Positions 52,174 through 63,920 of a stretch of 64,000 nucleotides of DNA are shown here, piece by piece. The stretch is from an uncultured Phycisphaerales bacterium (GTDB lineage: Bacteria > Planctomycetota > Phycisphaerae > Tepidisphaerales > Tepidisphaeraceae). Below the pieces are notes generated by a model. It saw only the letters and a program-made list of their open reading frames with translations, did not search any database and had not been told where the DNA came from. Position 1 is the stretch's first letter, and each line of letters begins with the position of its first letter. The translations under genes and the position numbers were made by a program. Where the stretch lies: NCBI GenBank assembly GCA_963758525.1, contig CAVWVQ010000003.1, forward strand, positions 864,001-928,000. The letters are read 5' to 3'.

Positions 52174-55041
52174 ATGGATCGTTTCGACTTTGTGAACCGC
52201 GCCAACGCGGATTACATGGAGCGGCTCTACGAGCAGTATCAGCGGGATCCGCGCACGCTCGATCAGTCCTGGCAAGCGTACTTCGCCGGATTCGAAAGTG
52301 CCGGTGGCCGCCGCCCCACCGATGAGCATGCCGCGCCGATCACCTTCGGGCTGCACAACCTCGTTCACACGTATCGCGAACTGGGACACTTCGTTGCCCA
52401 GCTCGATCCGCTGGGGCACGATCGCCCGAGCAATCCGTTGCTGGAATTATCCCAGTTCGGCATCAGCACCGACAGCCTCGACGAAGTCGTCGGCCGGGCG
52501 GACTTTTACGGGCCGACCAATGGCACCGTCCGCGATCTGATCGAAAAGCTCCGCGACACGTATTGTCGAACCATCGGTGTGGAGTATCAGGACATCTCCG
52601 ACAAGACCCAGCGCGAATGGCTCGCGCTGCGAATGGAGCCGATCCTCAATCGTCCGCAATTCTCTGCAGAAGAATCGCGGGCGATTTTGTTTCAGCTCGT
52701 TGCCGCGGAGGAATTCGAACAATTCCTTCACAAAAAGTTCGTCGGCGCCAAGCGGTTCAGCCTTGAGGGGGCGGAATCACTGATTGCGCTGCTCAACACG
52801 ATGGTCGATGACGGAGCAAAGCTGAAGGTCGACGAGGTCTGCATCGGCATGTCGCATCGCGGCCGGCTCAACGTTTTGGCGCATGTGCTCAACAAGCCTT
52901 ATGAGGTTCTCTTCAGCGAGTTCATGGGAACGATCGTGGAGCAGACGTCCGAAGGCGACGGCGATGTCAAATACCACCTCGGCTATTCCAACGATCGCCC
53001 CGCCGGCGATCGGACCATTCACCTTGCACTGAGTCCCAATCCCAGCCACCTGGAGCTGATCGATCCGGTCGTGCAGGGAATCGTCAGGGCCAAGCAGAGC
53101 TATAAGGGAGACAAGGACCACGGGCGGGTGGTGCCGCTGTTAATTCACGGCGATGCGGCGTTTACCGGGCAGGGGATCGTCTCAGAAACCCTGAATCTCT
53201 CGGAGCTGGAAGGCTATCGCACCGGCGGGACCATTCACGTCATCGTGAACAACCAGATCGGCTTTACCGCGGTGCCGCGCGAGTGCCGCTTCACGCCGTA
53301 TCCCACTGACGTCGCGAAGATGATCACCGCGCCCATTTTCCATGTAAACGGGGATGACCCCGAGGCGGTGGTGCACGCGGCCCGCCTGGCGATCGCGTTC
53401 CGCGAGGAATTTCGCTGTGACGTGATGATCGACCTGTGGTGCTATCGCCGGTATGGGCACAATGAAACGGACGAGCCGAGTTTCACCCAGCCCGTCATGT
53501 ATCGGGAAATTGCGGCGCACAAGTCCGTGCGCGAGCTCTACTCGGAGCGCCTCATTCGCGAAGGGAAGCTGACCGCCGAGTCAATCGAGCTGATGCGCAA
53601 GACCTGCCGCGAGCGCATGGAATCCGCGGCGAAGCTCGCCAGCGAGTTCCGCCCGCGCCAGCGGACCGCGGCAATGAATCCCCTCTGGAAGGGCTTTTCC
53701 TGCCATACCCACGGAGACTGGAGTGCCAAGACCGCGGTGCCGCGCGAAACGCTGACGCGGATCGCCGAGGGGACCTCGAAGCTGCCGGCGGATTTCACGA
53801 TCCATCCGAAGCTCAAAAAGGTGATGCAGAACCGCTTCGATGCGGTCAAGAGCGGCAAAGGGATCGACTGGGGCTGTGGCGAGATGCTTGCGCTGGGAAG
53901 CCTGCTGCTGGAAGGAACGCCGGTTCGGTTCACGGGCCAGGACGTGCAGCGCGGAACGTTCAGCCATCGCCACGCGGTCCTCCATGATTACAACAATGGC
54001 AAGACCTACACGCCTCTCTCGAATCTCGCGCCGGGTCAGGCGAAGCTGACGATCATCAACACGATGCTTTCCGAATTGGCGGTCCTGGGCTTTGAATACG
54101 GGTTCAGCTCGGGCGATCCGCGCAATCTGGTGATGTGGGAAGCACAGTTCGGCGACTTCGTCAACGGCGCGCAACCCATCATCGACCAGATGATCGCCGC
54201 CGCCGAGAGCAAATGGCGGCTCTCGAACGGCCTCGTATTGCTCCTCCCGCACGGCTTTGAAGGGGCTGGCCCGGAGCACAGCAACGCCTACATGAATCGT
54301 TTCCTCACGCTCTGCGCCGAGGAGAACATGCAGGTCTGCGTGCCGAGCAATCCCGCCCAGTATTTCCACCTGCTGCGACGCCAGATTCATCGCAAGTTCC
54401 GCAAGCCTCTGGTGCTGATGATGCCCAAGTTCCTGCTGCGGTACGAGCCGGCGATGTCCCGCATCGAAGAGTTTGCCGAGGGCTCGGCATTTCAACCGGT
54501 GATCGACGATCCGACGGCCCCGGAACGCGACAGCGTAAATCGGGTGCTCTTTTGCTGCGGCAAAATCTACTATTTCCTCGACGACCGCCGGCGAAAGGAA
54601 AAACTCAAGGGCGTGGCAATCGTGCGGGTCGAGCAGTTGTATCCCTTCCCGAAAAAGGAGATTCAGAACCTGCTGGCGCGCTATCGCAAGGCACGCGACA
54701 TCTGCTGGGTGCAGGACGAGCCGCGCAACCGCGGGGCGTGGAACTACATGCACGAACTTCTCCACGAGATGCTTCCCGATCCGGCGGTGCTGAACTATCA
54801 CGGGCGCGACGCGGCGGCGAGTCCCGCGACCGGCTCTCACAAGATGCACGAGATCGAATCGGAAGAAATCATCTGCCACGCACTCGAGCTGCCGTGCAAG
54901 CCTTCCGATTCGGTTGCGGCTTCGCCCGCCGCGGGATCAGGCGAAGCCGCCCCTCAGACGCCCGAACCCGTATCGACAAAGACCACTGCGGCCGTTGCCG
55001 CGTCCGCGGAAACGCAGCCGGAGGAAGCCAAGAAATCCTGA
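52174..55041 (+). CDS. sucA: 2-oxoglutarate dehydrogenase E1
   Basis: KRFSLEG, GMSHRGRLNVL, GDVKYHLG, HGDAAFTGQG, WEAQFGDF. Confidence 0.97.
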   Translation: MDRFDFVNRANADYMERLYEQYQRDPRTLDQSWQAYFAGFESAGGRRPTDEHAAPITFGLHNLVHTYRELGHFVAQLDPLGHDRPSNPLLELSQFGISTDSLDEVVGRADFYGPTNGTVRDLIEKLRDTYCRTIGVEYQDISDKTQREWLALRMEPILNRPQFSAEESRAILFQLVAAEEFEQFLHKKFVGAKRFSLEGAESLIALLNTMVDDGAKLKVDEVCIGMSHRGRLNVLAHVLNKPYEVLFSEFMGTIVEQTSEGDGDVKYHLGYSNDRPAGDRTIHLALSPNPSHLELIDPVVQGIVRAKQSYKGDKDHGRVVPLLIHGDAAFTGQGIVSETLNLSELEGYRTGGTIHVIVNNQIGFTAVPRECRFTPYPTDVAKMITAPIFHVNGDDPEAVVHAARLAIAFREEFRCDVMIDLWCYRRYGHNETDEPSFTQPVMYREIAAHKSVRELYSERLIREGKLTAESIELMRKTCRERMESAAKLASEFRPRQRTAAMNPLWKGFSCHTHGDWSAKTAVPRETLTRIAEGTSKLPADFTIHPKLKKVMQNRFDAVKSGKGIDWGCGEMLALGSLLLEGTPVRFTGQDVQRGTFSHRHAVLHDYNNGKTYTPLSNLAPGQAKLTIINTMLSELAVLGFEYGFSSGDPRNLVMWEAQFGDFVNGAQPIIDQMIAAAESKWRLSNGLVLLLPHGFEGAGPEHSNAYMNRFLTLCAEENMQVCVPSNPAQYFHLLRRQIHRKFRKPLVLMMPKFLLRYEPAMSRIEEFAEGSAFQPVIDDPTAPERDSVNRVLFCCGKIYYFLDDRRRKEKLKGVAIVRVEQLYPFPKKEIQNLLARYRKARDICWVQDEPRNRGAWNYMHELLHEMLPDPAVLNYHGRDAAASPATGSHKMHEIESEEIICHALELPCKPSDSVAASPAAGSGEAAPQTPEPVSTKTTAAVAASAETQPEEAKKS

Positions 55042-55094
55042 ACGCCGGCAGGCCTCCTCCATCCACGCACCCTTTGTTCCGAAAGAATTTCCCG

Positions 55095-56362
<1,268 letters not shown>

Positions 56363-56580
56363 AGCTGGTCATTGGAACGTGGAACGTGACAGGATTAGGC
56401 CGACCTTCGTGTCCGATTCGTATCTTGGTGCGCATCGAGCTCTCCTGATGGCGCTCTTCCGGGTAGATAGGGCGGGATGAATCCCGCCCTCCTTCGCGGG
56501 ACGGAAACCCATAGCGCTGCGTCGGCGCATTGTTCATGACAACAGCGGCACTGTTCGAGGAATCTGAGAGCCAAACTCAG

Positions 56581-56644
56581 TTTCGTCATTCGTGCTTCGG
56601 ATTTCGGGTTTGATTCTAATTTCGGGTTTCGTCATTCGGGCTTC
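56581..56644. repeat. degenerate heptamer repeat (TTCGKVW)n
   Basis: TTTCGTCATTCGTGCTTCGGATTTCGGGTT...TTTCGGGTTTCGTCATTCGGGCTTC. Confidence 0.75.
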
Positions 56645-56703
56645 CGCGGCGCAGCTTGGATTTCCGCTCCGCAAACGCCTTCCACCACCCGGCGGCCCCT
56701 CCC

Positions 56704-56731
56704 TTGTAAACGTCACATTAACGCCTATAAT
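56704..56731 (+). promoter_or_regulatory. putative sigma70 promoter for the rny leader
   Basis: TTGTAA-16 nt-TATAAT in a GC-rich background. Confidence 0.6.
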
Positions 56732-56940
56732 CGGTTGACGTTGAAGCGATTGCGTTCTCCCTAAGGAAAATGGAACCGCTTCAAACCCGCCGGCGTTCGC
56801 GGATCGCTGGCGGTGTGCAGGCCTCGATGTAATCGCTGCGGATCATGGGTTTTTGAACGCTTCTCCAACGGGAAGCAAGCCGCCGCGATTTCGATACGAA
56901 CGTGGTTTTCCCGGAGTACCCTACCGTGCAAACAGCAATC

Positions 56941-57189
56941 ATGGGAATCTTCAATAGCCTGGCGCTGCTGACGATTGCCCTTCTGCTGCGGGCAGGATTG
57001 ATCGCCGTTCGGCGCTTCGCCGGACGAACAACGCTGACGGTTCCCGTCCGCGTCGCAGCGAGCCATTCCTGCCATCGCGCACGGGTCCGGCCGACGGCAT
57101 TCGACGCCGACGGCCTCTCGTTGCGGGCTCCGCCCACACTCCCGGCGCAACGGCGCCGCGTCAATCCCGGGATCCCCGGGCCAAGCTGA
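56941..57189 (+). CDS. putative leader peptide: N-terminal TM segment + RAPP motif
   Basis: MGIFNSLALLTIALLLRAGLIAVRR...DGLSLRAPPTLP...; lies between the promoter and rny. Confidence 0.55.
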   Translation: MGIFNSLALLTIALLLRAGLIAVRRFAGRTTLTVPVRVAASHSCHRARVRPTAFDADGLSLRAPPTLPAQRRRVNPGIPGPS

Positions 57190-57333
57190 CGAGAGTGACG
57201 CGGGCGCATTCGGCGCACCGTGCGTTCGATCACATCCAGACGTCCCTGCCTGTTGTCATCCGCGCGAACGATGCGAACGGCCCTGCCGTTGGCAATGACG
57301 TGTTGGAGCGCCGTCAAGACGGCGGGAGCGCAC

Positions 57334-58893
57334 ATGTTCGGATATCTCGTCGGCGGAATTCTCATTGGCTTGATCATCGGCGGCGGCGGCCTGTTCGCGC
57401 TGCTGCAACTCTCCGGCCGCAACTACATGGCGCAGGCTCGCGCCGATGCCGAGAAGCTTCGGCAAAACGTCGCGGCCGAGGCACAAAACCGCGCCAAGGA
57501 AATTGAGCTGTCGGCCCAGCAGGATCTGCTCAAGCGCAAGGAACTGTTCGAGCGCGAAAATGACGCCGCCCGGCGCAAGCTTGAAGAACACGATAACCGG
57601 CTCTCCAAACGCGAAGACACACTCGACCGCAAGCTCGACACCCTCGGCGTGAAAGAGCATCAACTTGAAGATCTGGAGAAAAAGCTCATCCAGCGCGACA
57701 AGTCGATGGCGGGGAAGGAAGAGCAGCTCACCGCTGTGTTGCGCGAGCAGCGCGACCGCCTGCTGCAGCTCACCGGCATGTCCCCCGAAGCGGCAAAGGA
57801 AATGCTGCTTCGGCGCATCGAAGATGAATGCAAACAGGAAGCCGGGGGCGTGATCCAGCGCATCACCGAGCAGGCCCAGGAGCAGGCCAAGGAAAAGAGC
57901 CGGATGATCGTGCTCCAGGCGATTCAGCGCTACGCCGCCGAGCAGACCAGCGATCACACCGTCAGCACGGTGGTGATCCCCAGCGACGACATGAAGGGCC
58001 GCGTCATCGGCCGCGAGGGCCGCAACATCCGCAGCTTCGAAAAAGCGACCGGTGTTGACGTCATCATCGACGACACCCCGGGAATGGTCGTCGTCAGTTG
58101 CTTCGATCCGGTCCGCCGGGAGATTGCCCGCATGTCTCTCGAACGGCTCGTGCAGGATGGCCGGATTCACCCGGCCCGCATCGAGGAAATTGTCGTCGCC
58201 ACCAGCAAGGAAATGGACGAAGAGCTGCTCAAGATCGGACGCGAAGCCGTTCAGGAGGCAAACCTGCCCGGCATCGCAAAGCCGATCATTCCCATGCTCG
58301 GCCGGCTCGGATTCCGCACCAGCTACGGGCAAAACGTTTTGCGCCACTCGATGGAAGTCGCGTATCTCGCACAGGTGATGGCCGACGAACTCGGACTCGA
58401 CGGCGCGCTCGCCCGCCGATGCGGCCTGCTCCACGACATTGGCAAGGCAATGGACCACGAAGTGGAAGGCGGCCACCCGCAAATCGGCATGGAATTCCTC
58501 CGCAAGTTCAACGAGAGCGAAGCAGTGCTGAATGCCGCCCTCGCCCACCATGGCGACGTTCCCGCGACAACTCCCTATACGCCCCTGATCATGGCCGCCG
58601 ACGCCATCAGCGCCAGCCGTCCCGGCGCTCGGCGCGAGAGCCTCGAACGGTACGTCACGCGTCTGCGCGAGTTGGAGGATCTCGCCACAAGCTTCGAAGG
58701 CGTCCGCCAGGCGTATGCGATCCAAGCCGGCCGCGAAGTGCGCGTGATCGTTGACGCGAAGCTCGTGGATGACAAGATCAGCGCCAAGCTCGCGCGTGAC
58801 ATCGCCAAGCGCATCGAGACGGAGATGACCTATCCTGGGGAAGTGAAGGTAACCGTGATGCGCGAGGTGCGGACGGTGGAGTATGCGCGGTAA
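57334..58893 (+). CDS. rny: ribonuclease Y
   Basis: N-terminal TM, coiled coil, KH ([13 protein letters not shown]), HD domain (HS..LLHDIGK), [10 protein letters not shown]. Confidence 0.97.
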   Translation: MFGYLVGGILIGLIIGGGGLFALLQLSGRNYMAQARADAEKLRQNVAAEAQNRAKEIELSAQQDLLKRKELFERENDAARRKLEEHDNRLSKREDTLDRKLDTLGVKEHQLEDLEKKLIQRDKSMAGKEEQLTAVLREQRDRLLQLTGMSPEAAKEMLLRRIEDECKQEAGGVIQRITEQAQEQAKEKSRMIVLQAIQRYAAEQTSDHTVSTVVIPSDDMKGRVIGREGRNIRSFEKATGVDVIIDDTPGMVVVSCFDPVRREIARMSLERLVQDGRIHPARIEEIVVATSKEMDEELLKIGREAVQEANLPGIAKPIIPMLGRLGFRTSYGQNVLRHSMEVAYLAQVMADELGLDGALARRCGLLHDIGKAMDHEVEGGHPQIGMEFLRKFNESEAVLNAALAHHGDVPATTPYTPLIMAADAISASRPGARRESLERYVTRLRELEDLATSFEGVRQAYAIQAGREVRVIVDAKLVDDKISAKLARDIAKRIETEMTYPGEVKVTVMREVRTVEYAR

Positions 58894-59044
58894 TTCAGAT
58901 GAGAGACGACCAAAGCGCATTCGGCTGAAAGCAAACTTGCGCCACGGCTTCTGCACCAGCCGGTTTTGACGATTGCGGCGAATTTGCCCGCCGGACTTGC
59001 CGCTTCAGCGGCGAGGGCTCCGCGAGATTCAATTGGAGTGGGGA

Positions 59045-59848
59045 TCATGCACCAGCGCCAGCCGGCAAGTGAGCGGCCCAAGCGGCGCTGTCGCCCTGAA
59101 GCGGGGGAACGGGCGGTTTGCTGTAATCCAATTCCAGCTCGTAGCTCGCTCGCTTGTAAACCGTCGCCAGCGCCGCTTGCAGGTCCAACCGTGTGTCGGG
59201 GTCTTCTTTGCGGAGTGGAATGAAGATCTGCGGCAATCGCTGCCGAAGACGGATGGGCCAAATCCAGGCGCGTCGCGATTCGGGAACACGCTTGCTCACG
59301 CGCACGGCATAGTCGTGAGCCGGCATGCTGTCGCGCGCGAATACCCAGGCGCCCGCCCGAAGCAGATCGATTTCGACAAGATGGCTGTCCGAGTCAATCA
59401 CTTCCTGTCGCTTTTGAAGATAATTGGCGCGACCCGCGGCGCCGACCGTCTTGTTGGCGGGACTGATCACTTCAATCACTGCGACGATGGATCGGTCATC
59501 CTGCAAAAGGATATTCAGCCGAGCCTCCCGCACAGCCTCTTCGAGCTCCACCTGCACCTCGATCGGATCCGCGCATTCGAGCACGCCAACTGAGCTCTCC
59601 TCGGCCGGCTTTAATGTGCCGCCGGAGCGCTTGGACGCGGACACCACATGCACACCGCGAATTCGTTGCAACCGCGTCTCATCGTCCCGCCCCGCCGTAT
59701 AAATGCGCTCTTCCACCCGGACGAGGTATTTCGGCGAGAGCCGATCCTGCAGAAGCTCGCTCGTCACCGTGATCAGCCGATGATGCACGTCCGGCCACAG
59801 GCCAGGCTCTTCCAGATAAGGATCCATTCCGGGAAAGGGTGACGGCAT
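59045..59848 (-). CDS. DUF4058 family protein
   Basis: MPSPFPGMDPYLE..LWPDVH, VIEVISPANK, HLVEIDLLRAG. Confidence 0.92.
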   Translation of the reverse strand: MPSPFPGMDPYLEEPGLWPDVHHRLITVTSELLQDRLSPKYLVRVEERIYTAGRDDETRLQRIRGVHVVSASKRSGGTLKPAEESSVGVLECADPIEVQVELEEAVREARLNILLQDDRSIVAVIEVISPANKTVGAAGRANYLQKRQEVIDSDSHLVEIDLLRAGAWVFARDSMPAHDYAVRVSKRVPESRRAWIWPIRLRQRLPQIFIPLRKEDPDTRLDLQAALATVYKRASYELELDYSKPPVPPLQGDSAAWAAHLPAGAGA

Positions 59849-59890
59849 AGGTACGCACGCAGACCGCGACAAGGATCGCTTGTAGTATAG

Positions 59891-61650
59891 TCAGGTTCCC
59901 GCAGGCTCGCACTCCCCCGCCAACGCCTCCAATTGCTCGATCGTCTTAAACGAAGGAGCGCGATCGTCCAGCCAGCGGCAGGTGCGCTGAATCTGCTCGT
60001 GCGCCAGACGCGTGAAACGATCGGCAATGCGCTGATTCGCGGAGCGCGTCCGGCCGGAAACTTCGTTGCTCAATTTTTCCGTGAGCCACGTCGCAATCGA
60101 GTAGCCGCCGAGAACCAGCAGGTCCATTCCGAAGAAGGTGTGATGCACCACCAGTGCAAGCGTCAGAAGATAGGGGGCCGCCTCGGTCAGCCGGGTAAGC
60201 TGCTTGCCGCCCGGCAGGTGCTTGAGCAGGGCCATAACGATTCGCGTGTCGCGCGGGGTGGCGTCCCACCGTTTGTCGAGCCAGCCGCGAAGATCGGAAA
60301 TTTCCTCTGCGGCGATCTTGCCCGCCTCTGCGGGATCAAATCGCTCGCGAGCATACGCGGCCCCTTCAACAGGATCCGCCAGCCACTGCGCCGCCGACGG
60401 ACTGCCCCGCAGTGCATCGTCGATCCGGCTCTGCACAACCGCGAATTGATCGCAGAGAATCGCCCGAAAGTCCGGCGGCTGCTGCGCCTTCCCGCCCTCG
60501 AGCGGAGCAAACGCGCTGGCGGACACTTCGCCCGTGCGAAAATAATCCCACGCCACCCGCGGAACGCGGGCCAGCAGCCCCGGCGCTGGCGCAGCCGATC
60601 GATCATCCGCTGCGGGCCCATGAGATAGAGAATGCTCCGCTGCTGCAGACGCTGGCGAAGCTGTTGCGTAATCGGATTCACATCCACCCCGGGCGGCACC
60701 GTCTCCATCGCACGCAGCACCGCGCACAGACGATCGGCAATCAGCCGGCGCTCGCGCAACGGCGCGATAATCTGATCGTTCAATCGCCCGACAATGTCGT
60801 TCAAACGCGCAGAGACGCCGCGGGCGAGTGCATCATCCCCCGGCGCTGATACCCGCGACACCGCATCCCGCAACGCCGCAAGATTCGCGTCTCTCGGTGG
60901 TTCGTATCCGGCATCATCCCGCGGAACAGCAAAGACGCCAGCAAGCCGTTCCGTGTCCGGCGTGGCTTGCCCCTTCGCATCAGCGCCAGCAAGCTGCCGC
61001 GCATAATCATCCACCGCCGCCTGACTCTCCGCCTTGTTCATCACAAACAATCGCGGCAACTCATATCGCTCTGCCAGCCGGTAGTACGGCAGCAACTCGG
61101 TCATCTGATATTTCTCCGGGGTCACCAGAAAAAGCGCCGCCTGCACCCAGCGAAAAACACGATCCGCCTCGGCATGATGTGCCGGCTGATCGCCATCCAG
61201 ATCAGGCGTATCGATCAGCGTGACACGCGACGTCACATCGCCCGATACCGCCGCGACAAGAAGCGACCCCGGCTTTCCGCGCAGCGGAAACTCCGCCGAC
61301 GCCGTGGTGACGTGCTCAACTCCCAGCCAATCTTCCGGCAGCGCGTCCGCGGAGCCCGCGATCGCGATCGCGCCGGTGGTGAACGTACGACGGAAACTGG
61401 CCGCCGTCAGATTTTGGCCGAGCAGTCGATTAACCAGCGTGCTCTTCCCGGTCCCGGTGCCTCCAAAGATGCCCAAGATTAAATTCCCCGGCTGATTTCT
61501 CGCTTGCAAGTGATAGACGACCGCTGCCGCATCCGCCCGCCATCGGTCGATGGCCAAGCGCAGCGGCCCGCCAATGCGCGACGCCAACGGGACGAGTAAT
61601 TCTCCAATCCGAGACAACACAATTTCCCGGCGATGGAAGCGATCGGACAT
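59891..61650 (-). CDS. dynamin-like/MMR_HSR1 GTPase with C-terminal membrane segment (frameshift near 60585)
   Basis: GGTGTGKST, DTPDLD, NKAE; helical stalk and hydrophobic hairpin in the second frame. Confidence 0.8.
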
Positions 61651-61674
61651 GCAGCGAAGAATAGCACAAGAAGA

Positions 61675-63041
61675 AGTCAGGAGTCAGGAGTCAGGAGTCG
61701 GAAGTCAGTGTCCCGAGTTAAAGGATCCAGTTCATAACCCATTCGCGTCTCCCGAATCTGCTCTTGCTTCTCCCTTCTGACTTCTGGCTCCTTGCTTCTG
61801 ACTCCTTTAATCTGGGAGTCAGGAGCCAGGAGTCAGGAGCCAGGGGTCAGTGTCCCGAGTTAAAGGATCCAGTTCATAACCCATTCGCGTCTCCCGAATC
61901 TGCTCTTGCTTCTCCCTTCTGACTTCTGGCTCCTTGCTTCTGACTCCTTTAATCTGGGAGTCAGGAGCCAGGAGCCAGTGTCCCGAGTTAAAGGATCCAG
62001 TTCATAACCCATTCGCGTCTCCCGAATCTGCTCTTGCCTCTCCCTTCTGACTTCTGGCTCCTTGCTTCTGACTCCTTCCCCGATTCCCCTTCTGACTTCT
62101 GGCTCCTTGCTTCTGACTCCTTCCCCGATTCCCCTTCTGACTTCTGGCTCCTTGCTTCTGACTCCTTCCCCGATTCCCCTTCTGACTCCTGGCTCCTTGC
62201 TTCTGACTCCTTCCCCGATTCCCCTTCTGACTTCTGGCTCCTTGCTTCTGACTCCTTCCCTGATTCCCCTTCTGACTTCTGGCTTCTTGCTTCTGACTCC
62301 TTCCCTGATTCCCCTTCTGACTTCTGGCTCCTTGCTTCTGACTCCTTCCCCGATTCCCCTTCTGACTTCTGGCTCCTTGCTTCTGACTCCTTCCCCGATT
62401 CCCCTTCTGACTTCTGGCTCCTTGCTTCTGACTCCTTCCCCGATCTCCCTTCTGACTTCTGGCTCCTTGCTTCTGACTCCTTCCCCGATTCTCCTTCTGA
62501 CTTCTGGCTCCTTGCTTCTGACTCCTTTAATCTGGGAGTCAGGAGCCAGGAGTCAGGAGCCAGTGGCTCCTTGCTTCTGACTCCTTCCCCGATTCCCCTT
62601 CTGACTTCTGGCTCCTTGCTTCTGACTCCTTCCCCGATTCCCCTTCTGACTTCTGGCTCCTTGCTTCTGACTCCTTCCCTGATTCCCCTTCTGACTTCTG
62701 GCTCCTTGCTTCTGACTCCTTCCCCGATCTCCCTTCTGACTTCTGGCTCCTTGCTTCTGACTCCTTCCCTGATCTCCCTTCTGACTTCTGGCTCCTTGCT
62801 TCTGACTCCTTCCCCGATTCCCCTTCTGACTTCTGGCTCCTTGCTTCTGACTCCTTCCCCGATTCCCCTTCTGACTTCTGGCTCCTTGCTACTGGCTCCT
62901 TCCCTGATTCCCCTTCTGACTTCTGGCTCCTTGCTTCTGACTCCTTCCCTGATTCCCCTTCTGACTTCTGGCTCCTTGCTTCTGACTCCTTCCCCGATTC
63001 CCCTTCTGACTTCTGGCTCCTTGCTTCTGACTCCTTCCCTG
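61675..63041. repeat. 1.37-kb hierarchical tandem array: three ~130-140-bp units, then ~21 copies of a 45-bp unit
   Basis: 45-mer CCCCTTCTGACTTCTGGCTCCTTGCTTCTGACTCCTTCCCCGATT; larger unit carries (GGAGTCA)n arms around a core GTGTCCCGAGTTAAAGGATCC... Confidence 0.95.
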
Positions 63042-63157
63042 AACCACTTCGTGCCTTCTTTCACCCACTTTTTTTGCCGACATTTGTGGAGTTCTTTGTT
63101 CACTGGAACAGGAGCACGTGCGTAAAATAAGCCGGTCGCCATCTTAAGGAGCCTTGC

Positions 63158-63661
63158 ATGACAGGTGCTGCTGATCACTCCGCGGTTCTTCCAAATGTCT
63201 CCGCTCAATCCGCAATGCGAATGGCCTGGGGTTGTTGGTTGTTTCTGCTGGTCTTGCCATTTCTGTATTTTATCTACGTGATTTGGACGCTGATGGGGGA
63301 GGAAACCAGCGGACCGCCGCCGCACTCCAGCCAGGGGTGGTTTCTGATGTCGATGATTTATCTGATCGTTGCTGTGCCGTTGTCGTTCTTTGGGCGCAGC
63401 AGGCTGTTCAAGGCATATTGGACCGGCAAGCCGGTGGAACCGAAGAAATACCTCGTGGGAATGCTCGCGATGTGGCTGACACTGGAAGTCGGCGGGCTGC
63501 TGGCGCTGACAGGATGCCTGGTGGATCACAAGCCGATGCCCAATCTTCTGCCCGCGCTGGTCGCCTTCATGTTCTTCACCACTCTCTGGCCCAGCGGCCG
63601 TGCGATGACCCGCACCACAGGCGACTCCGAAGACGCCGGAGTCTACGAGGAACCCAGGTGA
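63158..63661 (+). CDS. hypothetical membrane protein (4 TMs)
   Basis: AAGGAG RBS, four hydrophobic segments. Confidence 0.75.
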   Translation: MTGAADHSAVLPNVSAQSAMRMAWGCWLFLLVLPFLYFIYVIWTLMGEETSGPPPHSSQGWFLMSMIYLIVAVPLSFFGRSRLFKAYWTGKPVEPKKYLVGMLAMWLTLEVGGLLALTGCLVDHKPMPNLLPALVAFMFFTTLWPSGRAMTRTTGDSEDAGVYEEPR

Positions 63662-63679
63662 GAACGGCCGGAGAAGCCG

Positions 63680-63920
63680 ATTCAACGATTCTCGCTCTAA
63701 CAGATTTACCACGCGCGATTCCACCTTGATTGTGAATCTCCCAAAGCCGCGGATCCTTCCCTGCGACATCGCGCGACAGATTTTGCAGCGCCGCATGTCG
63801 CATCCGCCGCGCAACTCCCCAACATGCCGCGGGATACGCTCCGGCCTGGCGCGACACGGCGCGCAACAGTTGCGCGCCGTTTGCTGAAAACGCGGTATCG
63901 CCACGCGCTTGCCATGCACG
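63680..63920 (-). repeat. dispersed non-coding repeat (module A + module B)
   Basis: Homologous to 18166-18460; contains GGCTTTGGGAGATTCACAATCAAGGTGGA...AATCTGTTAGA shared with the 393-bp repeat. Confidence 0.88.

Noticed and set aside
56738..56940. 6S RNA upstream of rny
   Set aside because: Folds by eye into several local hairpins rather than one long rod with a central bubble; cannot be called without a covariance-model search
57256..58956. Long antisense ORFs opposite rny (likewise opposite sucA, gltA, MFS, ltrA, nrnA)
   Set aside because: Typical shadow ORFs of high-GC coding sequence, with no recognisable motifs
62041..63041. 45-bp periodic array as a CRISPR array
   Set aside because: Units are head-to-tail with no unique spacers, and no cas genes are present in the window
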